Assembly (NCBI GenBank): GCA_973895155.1
Contig: OZ316893.1
Location: 10,359,660-10,423,659, forward strand
Length of the DNA: 64,000 nucleotides
Direction: 5' to 3'
Source of the DNA: Marsupella aquatica
Lineage: Eukaryota; Plantae; Marchantiophyta
Part shown: one piece after another, positions 24,384 through 36,281 of the stretch
Layout of the letters: each line of letters opens with the position of its first letter
How positions within the stretch are numbered: the first letter of the stretch is position 1
Notes under the pieces: model-generated
Databases searched by the model: none
Seen by the model: only the letters and a program-made list of their open reading frames with translations
What the model was told of the DNA's origin: nothing
Translations under genes and position numbers: made by a program

Positions 24384-27300
24384 ATATAGCCTCCCTCCAA
24401 CATAGACCCCCTTCCCAACTTACCCCCTTGGCCCAAAAATACCGTTTGTAACCTTGACAATCCCTCCATATGTTGCCAGGGCCACAAGGACATCAGGATG
24501 CTTGCATTTGTCAAGCGCCACCACCCACACACCCATACTTACATGACCTTGGCATTCTAAAGTGTGGCACATGGGGGGCAAGTTCCACCGGTTTATGCAA
24601 ATCACTCCAAAGTCATACAACTTTGGAGCATTTTGCCCAAACTTGTGCCATGGCCTCAATACATGTATAAATGTGGCTTCAAATAAGTCTTTAAGATTGA
24701 AGTGGTGCAACTAGTGGTCCAGGGTTGATGGTGTCTCCGCCCTACTCCCTGTTGGCTGGGTAGACCACTTAATGTACGGCTCCATCCCTCCTAAGTAGGC
24801 AACCATAGGCCCAAGGATGCACCCAGTCATAACCGGCCCCACATCAATGACACCATCTTTGACAACTTTAATGACGCCTTTTAGAGTCATGGGCACAAAT
24901 GACAGCATTGGGGACTCACTAAATGACGCAAAAATGAGTTTACAAGCCTGGTACGTGATTGGGGTGAATGACTATCAATTACGTCATTCCAGGAGTAAGG
25001 CCAATAGTCATGGAGTGCAATCACTTGAAAGGGAGTCAATTTTGGAGTGGCTGGTATGTCATTCCAGTCAGTGGAAGTCAAGTCAAGGCATAACTTTACT
25101 AGAGTCTTATCAAAATTATATGGCTGGACTCAATGGATAATTGGTGCTAATGCTCCCTGGCACAATGTTGAGGTGAAATCCAATGTTAGTGTTGTCATCC
25201 TTCCAATCTAATATATGTTATTGCCTCTGAAGAGTGTAGGGTGAGATGTAGGAGCAAAAATTTATTCCCAAGCGGTAAAGGCATTCTCAAGCATAAATTC
25301 CTAAGTCAAAGGATTTTATGCATAAAATTTAAGCCATAGGTCATTCCTAAGAACATCATATTAAAGGTCATTCCTAGGTTAAAGGATATATACCCTAAGG
25401 CCTTAAGTCTTCAATATATTCTTTGGACTGAACCTTTCTCATATCACCTACACGTACAAACAAAAGGCATTTGCAAGTTGTTTACATAGGCCACTTAAGT
25501 ATGTAAATATCCCCGACTACAATGAGGGCATGGTTCATCAAACCAAGGTGTCATGAACAGTGTATACCATGAGGCCATTTACTAATGACTCAATTAGTAA
25601 ACCATAATTAAACAAATTAACTTCTAAACGCGTAATGAAGGGTTAGGAACCAGGTAGTGAACGAAGGAAAGCAGGGACGCGGAGGGATTGCTCTGCTCTG
25701 CTGTCGTCTAATCTCCTCTCTTCTAGTCTTCGCGCTCTTTTCTGTGCGCACATTTTTGCGACGATATATCCTTCGCGCTCGTTTCTGTGTGTAGATTTTC
25801 GCGACGATATATCCTGACGAGTGATCGATGAACTATCTTGAGAATGGCTCTTCATTCTGCTTAGAGATGATGCAAATGTTTGTTCATAGTAGTCACTAAG
25901 TGAGACGTGCATTCAATGGTATGTCGACGCAAAATTAGTACTCACTTGCCCAATGTTCCTTTTGATTGATGAAGTTTCTTGAAATCTGTAAGCGCATAGT
26001 TTTGGCTTCACAATTTCATGGACTTAGTTCTTGACTTAATTTAGGGTTCAGGTCATTCTCGGTGTTCATCAGGATATTTTCCACTCTTACGGTCAAGCAA
26101 TGGATTCACGGGTTTTCTAGCAGGAGGTGAGGTGATTGTTTAGGGTTTAGGCGACAAGACATGTGCCCAAGTGACGCAAGAGGAAGAGGGAGGAAAGGAG
26201 CAAGTTGCTATGACTATTGAGGTGACAGTCTGCGCTGATCTACTAGCTCCATTGTGTAAGTAAAAAAACTATTGCTATTGTTAGTGATTTGGTGTCTTTG
26301 ATTGTGGCAGTATATCCTCACTGAAGTTTTGCTGAAGACATACTTTGAAAGGCCTAGCCCTACAGAGCCGAACCATTCTCCCCAGTCTTAGACAGAACTC
26401 TAGTGATTGCAATTCTATTTTGTGGTGGGGTCTCGTTTTGAAGTGGGCTAGCTAGCGATCCCAACTTTTGTGCTTGTATGTATATCCTCCCGATATACAT
26501 TGCAGTGTTCTTGGTTGAATTGTGTCGCACCATTGTGGTCGTCGGAAGCAATTTTTTGAATCGCTTACCTTACATTCTTCGATAATAGAATTTTTGGTGT
26601 TCAAAGTTCCGCAAATTCTTACCCTTGGGAATGGGGGGATTGACATTATCTTCCTATATTTACCATTCTGGTTGTTAGTTATACCAGAGGTTGGCTGCAA
26701 ATTCTTTTAGTGAAACTGTTAATCATCTGGACTAACTTATTTAGTCATTGCAATTTTTTTATTGTCTGGATTCTCTACGGAGCTGTATTGTGAGAGACTG
26801 GAATAAAAAACGGAGCCAAATCACTAGTACATTTTGAGGCATTTTACCGATTGTATTTAGATCGGACGCCTTCAGGAAATCTGACGCGGAAATCTCACCT
26901 GTCCGATACCAAAAGAATCGCAATTTCCGATATAAATTTTATCGGAAAACGACATCGGAAACTAATCGGAACTACCGATACCAAAACATTTGGGAGTTCC
27001 GTCGCCTAAACTGTCGGGAAACACTATGTCCGATGCCCGCATAATTGGATGTCTGTTTCACGCATTTTCTGTTAGTGGAGGCGTCCGATTCTAGACCAAT
27101 ATTCTGGACATGGAAATGACCGATTGGTTTAACATCGGAAATGTCCGATGTTATTTGGAACGGAAATTGCGATTATAGTAGAATCGGACTTTGCGATACG
27201 TTTGGGATGGAAAAGTACGATGATTGTGGCATCGGATATGGATCGGTATCTACCCGGAAACTATTTGGCAAGCTTGATTGGGCCTATTTTAAATGGGGGG

Positions 27301-27615
27301 CTAATTGGGGGTTTAATTGGGGTGCAATTTAATTCTTTAACTGAGTTTTTATCTAGGGTTTAGAGAGGTCATTTAGTCAAGAGAGACTATCAATTTTGAT
27401 TGCACACTATGTACCTTGAAACCCGGGCATGACACGGCATAACTATATCTTATATACAAAAATGAAATATCGAGGGCAAAAGTACAAAAAATGGAGAACA
27501 TCTCCATGCATAGTGCTAGCTATGCTAAAGGCTGGGCATATCAAATGGACATAATGCCCTCCAACTATCCACCTCGCTAGCCTGGTACTAGATCTATACA
27601 TGTCTACCTAGTCCA

Positions 27616-30536
27616 CTATCCATACAAGCTATGTCGCGTCTTCCTCTTCTTCACACGGGAACGACTAGGCTGCTCTGCTCTATGAGTCTCTACCGCTGAC
27701 ACACCAGGTAGCACATCATGGTCGTGGCTACCTGATCTGCCTCCATCGTCATGTGGATGAGGTGCAGAAGCAATCTCTGGTACTCCCCCACCTCCAGATG
27801 CGCCTGAACCATGGGAAGGCACTCCTTCCCCGACACAAGTGTGGAAAGAAGCCCCTCCAGCACCACCACCACTACCCCCCTCAGGCCGAGTCTCACCTCC
27901 ACCACTATGACGGGAACCTCCCGACTGGGTGCCTACACCACCACTATGAATAGGATATGGTGTGGGCACATGACCACCAAGGCCCCCCCCGGACTGTCGC
28001 AAACCAGCTGGTACACTACCAGGGCTAGCCCTAAACTGATGAGGTGCAGCAACTCCACCACTACCCCCCTCAGGGCGAGACTCACCTCCACCACTATGGC
28101 CGGAACCTCCAGACTGGATGCCTACACCACCACTATGAACAGGAGATGGTGTGGGCACATGACCACCAAGGCCTCCCCCGGACTGTCGCGAACCAGCTGG
28201 TACACTACCAGGGCCAGCCCTAAACTGACGAGGTGCAGCAACTCCACCACTACCCCCCTCAGGACGAGACTCACCTCCACCACTACGGCCGGAACCTCCA
28301 GACTGGATGCCTACACCACCACTATGAATAGGAGATGGTGTGGGCACATGACCACCAAGGCCTCCCCCGGACTATCGTGAACCAGCTGGTACACTACCAG
28401 GGCCAGCCCTAAACTGACGAGGTGCAACAACTCCACCACTACCCCCCTCAGGGCGAGACTCACCTCCACCACTATGGCCGGAACCTCCTGACTGGCCAAC
28501 GACATGACCAGTATGAACACCAGCCCGTTGTCGAGACCCACCTGGTACAACACCAGGGCCAGTCCTCACTCGACCACCTGCTGTGGCTAGAACTCCAGAC
28601 TCACTACGAACCCCTTGGTTGTGACCTACTTTGGCTGGAACCCGGGACTCACTCCGTCCACTCCTACCGGCTAATCTCTGACGAGAAGGAGGCATATCAC
28701 CTGCTCTATGCTCCATCCGGCGAGTGGAGCCACCTACACCCCGACCAGACTGGTGACGTCCACTCTCTCGGGGTCCTGACCGGCCACGTGCACCAGTAGA
28801 ACCTCGTACTGGAGCCTCGGCCACACTCCCCTCTGAAGCACTATCATCCTCCGCATCCTCCTCATCCTCCTCCCCCTCACCATCCTCCTCACTCTCCAAG
28901 TCCTCCTCACCCCCTGACTCATCCTGCACATAGTAACAATCTCCAATCCATATGTCATTCCGCAACATACGTACCAGCATGAAGCCATCTTTCAAATCAT
29001 TCTAATATCCGCACTTACCGAGGCCAACATGTCGTCCATGTGAATCTTTAGCGCCCGAGCACCATGCTCCTTTGCCAGCTTTCTCTCTGCCGGCAACAAT
29101 GGTCGTCCGTGCTCTTTCTCCTACACACCCAAACCATATGCCACCCCCAATACTAAGGTCAATTATAGCAACCCTACCCTGGCCTAATTAAACACCTATA
29201 TAAACCCTTCACCGTCAAAGACCCATAAGAACACTTAGCCGTTCATGCACAAGCTATTCAAAAATTTGAATATGTCCGATACTAATAGAATCGGTACCCT
29301 CGACAGTTCCGATTCTTTTTTATTGTCCGATGCTGCATCCGATACTTAGAGGATCGGACTAGAATCGGACCTTACATGCCGAAAGCAAAAAAAACTAAGG
29401 CATGATCGACCGACCTACGGGCATACAAAGACCTGTCCCGGGTTTGGAAGGGTTAGGCATTCGTCAATTGGCCTCAGGTGATTAGGGAGGAGGAATGCTG
29501 CTGAAGGAATGCATGGAGAGGAGGGGAATGGAGCACTTACAAAATCGGCCTTGAGACGCTGTGATCCGCCTTGCCCCATTCTGTGAGTAACCTTTGGCCT
29601 CTTTGTTACTCTCAACAGAGCTTTCATTAGCCAGGATGGTGGGTCTCCAAGCAGGGCTGATTTTGCTGACCATTGTTCAAGTTCTTGATGCATGGGTGCA
29701 GTATTCACCATCTCTCCTTGTTCAATCTTCTTCTGAGCTGCTTGAATTTCAGCTTCCCAGCGTTGTGTGGCTTGCCAAGCTCGAACCTGCAACTCTTCTT
29801 CAAGCCAGGCACACCAAGCATTCTCAGGAATCTCACCAGTTGGGCTTCCCCCTTTCCTGATCACCTCCTCATCCAGTTTGCATTCAGCCAGGTACTTTCG
29901 CATCTTCTCTCGTACATGATTTCGCATGTCTGCAAGTGAGACTGAGATCTTTTTGTTTAAGAATCGATCGTCCACAAACGACCCATTCAAAAATCTCTCT
30001 TTGATTTGCTCTCGAATTCGAAATCTCTCATCCTGCTTCTTCTTCCCCCAGTAGTCCATCGGGCCAAAATGAGACCTCACAATCTGCCTAACTTGACTCC
30101 CAAACAAACGATAACTCCTGGAGAGTGGAGCACCTCCCTCATTCAGAAACAATTTTGGCCTCTTGGCCCTATCCTCTGCCTTCTTTCGTTCCTCCTGAAT
30201 TCTCTGTCGTTCTGCAGCCCGAGCCTCCCTCCTTAGGCTCTTCTCCTTTTGTCTTGGTGATAGGGCTTCCATTGGCATCTCTCTCTCGTCCTCCCTAGTG
30301 TTACGTTTCCTCTTCCTCTGCAATCTCTCCTCCTCGAGTCTGGCTTGGAAAGCTTTTTCTGCATCAGTGATGGCTACCTTCTGGGAGCTGTCGATCAGTC
30401 CTTGAGTGAGCTGGGCTACCTGCAATGCAACCTCCGGCGAGAGCCCCACCTTCTCCCTAAACAATTGAGCCATGACTTCACCATAGCTGCTTGATGGCCC
30501 GGCACCATCTCCCATCCCTCCCGCATTCCCTTCCAT
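27616..30536 (-). pseudogene. CACTA-B accessory (TnpA-position) gene with a Gly/Ser-rich repeat tail; one premature stop
   Basis: Exons 30536-29541, 29120-29019 and 28923-27616 are in frame, with an HRMGQGG motif at the end of exon 1. The TAG at 28374-28372 sits where sister repeat copies have CAG. Exon pattern and sequence are homologous to 53131-51076. Confidence 0.75.
27865..28490. repeat. 189-bp (63-codon) coding tandem repeat, ~3.3 copies
   Basis: TGTGGGCACATGACCACCAAGGC recurs at 27961, 28150 and 28339. Confidence 0.9.
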
Positions 30537-31600
30537 CGCTACGAGCTCTGCAAAGGTATCGTGAAATGCTCCCGATGCTTTTCCGACTAGAGTGCCTTCG
30601 CACTTTAGTCGGGTGACCTAAAAACCCAAAATGCATAACGTCCGATACTTTCTGCATCGGAAACTCCGATTCTAGGTCAATCGGACTTAGTATCGGACCC
30701 CTCCTCCAAAGTATCGGACTTAACCCTCCCAATGTATTTTCTGATGGTTTGTGAATCGCATGACCTTGGCATTTGGACTTTGGCATTTGGATCCCATGTA
30801 TACTATAATGACCCCCTTTATGTTAGTTGGGGGTTAATTATGCTATATTGTGGGCTTATTAGGTGTGCGGCGCAAAACGGGCATATCAACGTACAGTTGC
30901 CGTGACAAAGCTAGCACACTATTTTTTGGTGGGTATGGATGATCATTGAATGTATGTACCCAGATCTATTTTCAGTTTGATTTTAAATGATTCCCATTTT
31001 GACCATGAGGCAATGCTATATGCATGGTGCAACTTTTGGGGACTATAAGAAGTCACAAATTAAATTAACACTCTAGTGCCGTTTTGTGCAGTTTTGTATT
31101 TTTTGTTTTTGGAGGGTCGGGTCGTTGCTTTTCCTTGGTTTTCTTAGTAGGGTTTATTTTTGCCAATGCATTATGCACAGCGAGAGTACGCGCATCCAAA
31201 AGGTATGACATATATGATCCTCCAAAATGTATTGGAAATATTTGACATGATATATGCGTTACTTGTGGGAGTTTATAATTGGACATCCAACTCATCATTG
31301 ATTTTTATTAATTTCATTAATTATTGGTTTGTTACTTAGGTTTGCATGTATGTCATCTCATCTTTCAACTTCCCCACCTAGCCTGTATGTGCAGGTTTTT
31401 TTGGATTGGCCTTAGCATATAGTCTAAGGCTTAGAGCCTAGTAGGCACTGTAGAGCGCGGATATCATTCAGGTACTAATTAAGTCCAACACTGCAAATTA
31501 TTAACATACTATATATTTCCTGTTTGGGTTTACCTCAAGTTAGGGTGATGAATCAATCTTGCATTTTGGTAAAGACTTGTTTGTGTGTAATTGGCAGACA

Positions 31601-32904
31601 ATGTCGACTTCTGAGAGTTTGGATACAGATTCCGACTCTGACTTGTCTTCCTCTGAGGGGGACATTCCTCCTCCCCCTCAACAGCCTCGAGCACCCCCTC
31701 CATTAGGCCCTATTCCATGCTGGTGTCTTAGATGTAAAGGACTGGTGGTTCGTCAAGCGTGGCAGTCCATTGAACACATCGAAAACTATGGTCGACATGA
31801 GGGTGATTTACCGGGATATTCAGCTTGCCAGGTATTGCTTGACATGAACTCCGCTATATATGATACACTATCATAATAGTTGGCTGGTTTGAGACCTTTT
31901 AGGAGACAAGTATTAATTTTTGTTTGTTTATGATTGAATAGGTGCGTTGTAGGGCCCGTCCTCCATTGGTCTCTAGTCAACTATGGCATGATGCATTCCT
32001 AGCTGGTGCTAGACAATTGCTTGCATCATCAGTTGAAGACCCCGAGCAATCATGTACCCCCGCACATGTTCAGGCAGATGTTGTTCATGAACCCATAGTG
32101 GTAGAGTTGGGGCATGGTAGGGATGATGCACCGCCCCCTACTAGGGTTCTACGCACAAGACCACGTTCTCATAGACGTCGACAACAGCATGTAGTTCTAG
32201 ACACAGACCCATCCCATGAGCACTTTAGAAGGAGTGTTATGCCTCCACCAGGGGAGGAGTACATAGAAGTTGAAGGGAGGTTGGGCTTGTCATATGTGAC
32301 GGGAAAGGCAATCAGTGTCTTCAAGGATTTTGACCCTGAGAGTTTTGCGATTCCTCGTGGCCTAGCCATTGACATCCCTGTACATATATGGGGTCGGCAA
32401 TGGATAGTGAAGGCATCGACCCTTGGCGGGGAGGTTGGGTTAGGCTTATTTGCTTTGGAGGACATTGAGGTCCCTCCAAAGCCTTGGCGTCGTGGCTATG
32501 ATGGGGAACACCTTTTCCCTTACATTGGGCCTGTGTATACATCCAAGAGTTGGAACATCCTCTTGCGCCAACATCCAGCTTGGGGGGTATATGCATTGCA
32601 GATGGACTCAGACCCAGATGAGGTCCTAAGGAGGCCTTGGCATTGTAGGATGATTGATGGGGACCCTGTCCGTTCAGATAACATAGTTGGGTACATCAAT
32701 AGTACACATGGTAGAGGGAGTGGACTCTAGCCTAATGTAGAGTGGGCTCAGATTTTTGGCCCACCCACTCCGCCTTACTATGTCACACATATGGATGATC
32801 ATGTTATGACAGTAGCCATACGGACCATTAGGGCGGGTGATGAGTTGTTTTGTGACTATGAATGGAACGCACCCACGATGGGCATTCGATCTGGCCACAC
32901 TTAG
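31601..32904 (+). pseudogene. CACTA-B zinc-finger + SET-domain protein (short isoform); one premature TAG at 32728
   Basis: Exon 31601-31831 (acidic tract, CWCLRC...H..YG.H) joins exon 31942-32904 in phase 0. SET motifs: GLGLFA, YIG, NIVGYINS, PNVEW, VAIRTIRAGDELFCDY. Confidence 0.8.
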
Positions 32905-33013
32905 CACATATGTGTATTCCCCATTTTTGAAGTAATATAAGAATATTGTAGTTTTTTTAGGAACCCATGGGCTAACTCAAATGTATATATCTGTTTTGTG
33001 CGTTGTATGATAG

Positions 33014-36000
33014 AATGCATATGTTGAGCCGGATGTTGGGGTGTTACCACGAGCTATGCGCCAACACCTTGTGCAGGCCATGGAAGATTGGCGACATGCC
33101 TCTCTACCACCAGATGGCGATCCGGATGTTCCAGAGCAGGAACCAGATGCCTCCCAATCAAGAGTTGATGAAGATAGGGCCATGGATGACTTGATGCACC
33201 AATTCTATGACATAGAGGATGGTGATCATGACATGGCTGATGGGGAGAACATTGAGGTCCCACTTCCACATCAAGAAGGTTCAAGGAGTTCAGCCTCCAA
33301 ACAGTGGGAGGAAGCACGTCAACATGCGCAAACTCGGATATTTGATGGATCACGCTTGTCTCGTCTTTCAGCAATAATGTTGTTGTTGAACTTGCAGCAA
33401 AGACATGGAGCAAGCAACCTACTTCTTGATGATCTCTTTCGGACATTGCATGATTGTATCTTGCCAGAAGGAAACAACTTGCCAGACTCTTGGAAAGAGG
33501 CAAAGAAGGTGTTGAAGTCCATAGGTCTGCAGTACGAAGTCATACATGCTTGCGTGAATGATTGCGTTCTGTTTAGAGGCACTTATAAAGATGCAACGTC
33601 ATGTCCTACATGTGAGAAGCCTAGGTATCGTGAGGACATGTTGACGGGAAAAGTTCCTCAGAAGGTCATGAGGTACTTTCCTCTTATACCTCGTTTGCGC
33701 CACCAATATAGATGTGCTGAGTTGGCTGAGTATATGGTTTGGCATTCCCAAAATCGCTCAGATATGAGTTCACAACCACCCACCATGCGCATGATGGTTG
33801 ACTCCCCTACAAACAAGTTTGTGGAGGAGAGATGGGGTGAGTTCCGAACTGACCCACGTCATGTTCGCCTAGGATTGGCAGCGGATGGCATCAGCCCATT
33901 TGCACTAGCAGGTAAGGCCCAACCATATTCACTATGGCCAGTGGTCCTTACTAATTACAACATCCCTCCATGGATGTCCATGAAGAAGGGTCATTTGCTC
34001 CTTTCCATGATTATCCCTGGTCCTAAGCAAGTGAAAAAAATTGATGTGTACTTGCAACCATTGATTGAGGAGCTACAAAAGCTTTGGAGTGGTGTGGATT
34101 GCTATGATGGTCGAGTGCAAACGGGGGGCTTACGTCGAGAATTTAAGTTGAAGGCCATTCTTATGTGGACCATACATGATCTTCCAGGTATGAATCTTTG
34201 TTAAATTATCCCTTCCCATAGCTAGGCAACCGTACCTAGCATACTTTGTTATGTATTGAGTTAGCTAGAAGCACATATATCTTTTAATAAACTTATTTAC
34301 TTATGCATGGGATATATATTTATATGCAGGGTTTGGATATATTTCTGGCCTGACCACATCAGGATATCGAGCTTGCCCAACTTGTGGACCTGATTTGGAA
34401 GGAATAGCGCGGCCAAAGTCAAAGACCTTGAGGAAGATAGTGTATATTGGTCACACCAAGTACCTCCCTCCAGACCATGATTGGAGGAGAGACCCCTTTT
34501 TATATGACACTGAGGATGGCCAACCAGACAGACGACCACAACCTATTCCAAAAGATCCTGCATATTGGAAAGAGGTATGGGAGAGAGTATCTAATCCAGA
34601 TGACCCATTGCAATATGCCTGGTGTGGCATGACTTGTTTGTCTGCATTGTCACAACTGCCTTATTGGGCTGAGATGCCACTTAACCATTTATTTGACCCT
34701 ATGCACATTGAGGGAAATGTTGGGAGGTCCTTGATTCGCCACCTATATGGAGAGAAAGACAACAACTGGAGAGAGAGTTGTGAAGAGATGGGGATGCATG
34801 GCCCTCATGGTTTTTGGCCATCTATGGATCCCGATAATGCCCCCCTTACTATTCATCCTCCTTGGGTTTTGACACGAGGTGAGCGGACCGAGTTTCGCAA
34901 ACGCATAGGGTCTATGCGATTTCCTACAGGGTATGGTGCCAATCTTCGCAAGGCATTTGGTGGACTTGACTCTCCAAAATGGCCAGCTTTCTTGAAGACC
35001 CATGATTATCATCGCTTATTGCAACATGTTATTCCAATTGCTATTATTGGATTGGGTAGTGAGGATCTTCGTGATGCCCTTTGGTCGTTGGGTAAGTTGT
35101 TGAGATGGGTGTGTCAAAAGGAGGTGAACGAGGATGAGGTTGCAGCAATGGAGGTGTTTGGAGTGGAGGTTGTGTGCAAACTTGAAAGGGCCCTTCCTCC
35201 TTCATTTTTTGATGGTCAGGTTCATTTTCTACTACATCTAGTGCGTGAGGTTGGTATTGCAGGCCCTGTACATTGTCGTTGGATGTACTGGGTAGAGCGG
35301 TACATGGGAGTGATGAAGTCCTATGTTTCAAATCGCGCAAGGGTGGAAGGTAGCATTGCAAAGCGTCATCTTGGAGCAGAGAGCATGTTTTATTGTACAA
35401 ACATTATTGCTACACTTGATTCAAATGCTCCAAGCGGGTGGATAGATGAGGCATCAAGAGAAGCAGACTATGAGGATGACCGTTTGACAGGTGCAAAGGG
35501 AGAACGGCTTCTTGACCCTAGTGAGCACACTAAACTCACTGCATTCATGTTGTATAACTCTCCAGAGATTGTTGGGGAGTGGACCACATTTTATGAGGAG
35601 GATAAGCACAATAGTCGACGACCACGCTTATTTCCCAAATTCCACATGTACATGAAGGGGAAGTTGTTAGAAGTGGATGCCTTGGTGGTTGTTGGGGAGA
35701 GTGTATCACACTTCCCAATGGTGACTGATAAGTTGCGCACCTTGGTTCATGGACCTCTACTTACAGTTACAACCAGGACTGCCATGTGGTCCAAGGGGAG
35801 ACACTTTCGTGTGGAACGACTTGATGACAAGAGGGCAGCTACACAAGATTGTGGGGTGATGGGTTGGTTCACCCAGGATTCTGTAAGTAGCAGATCTGAC
35901 ACAAATCCCATCCGTTCTACTATAGCTCACTATGGAAAGATAGAGGAGATCCTTGTTGTAAAATACCATGCGCATACAACATTGGAAGAGGTGGTGCTGA

Positions 36001-36281
36001 AGTGCAAATGGTTTCGGATGAATCTTGTTGGCCACAATCGAACATGTGAAGAGGATGCTTGCGGCTTCACAAGACTGAAGACAGGGGCTGTCATCAGCTC
36101 AAATTGGAGGGCCTCAGATCCTTTTGCATTTCCTCATAATCTTGAGTAGGCATTCTATCTCCCTTATCCAGATGATCCTGAGTGGTCCATTGTAATGCCT
36201 TACATTCCACGATCCCGATCCATAGTCCAAGAACAGCCAAATGTAGTTGTTGTGGAAGATTTGGAAAATGAGAACAACTAG
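33014..36281 (+). pseudogene. CACTA-B TnpD-like transposase (Transposase_21, DUF4218, DUF4216 regions); shares first exon 31601-31831
   Basis: Exons 33014-34187 and 34330-36281. Motifs: IHACVNDC, RHVRLGLAADG, WPVVLTNYNIPPW, HDLPG, DPMHIEGN, KTHDYH, FFDGQVH, RWMYWVER, DPFAFP. One late TAG at 36147. Confidence 0.92.

Noticed and set aside
24711-24716. CTAGTG as the right end of CACTA-A
   Set aside because: The adjacent sequence does not match the left TIR, the flank GTC differs from the expected TSD GTG, and CACTA-A continues to its transposase further right.
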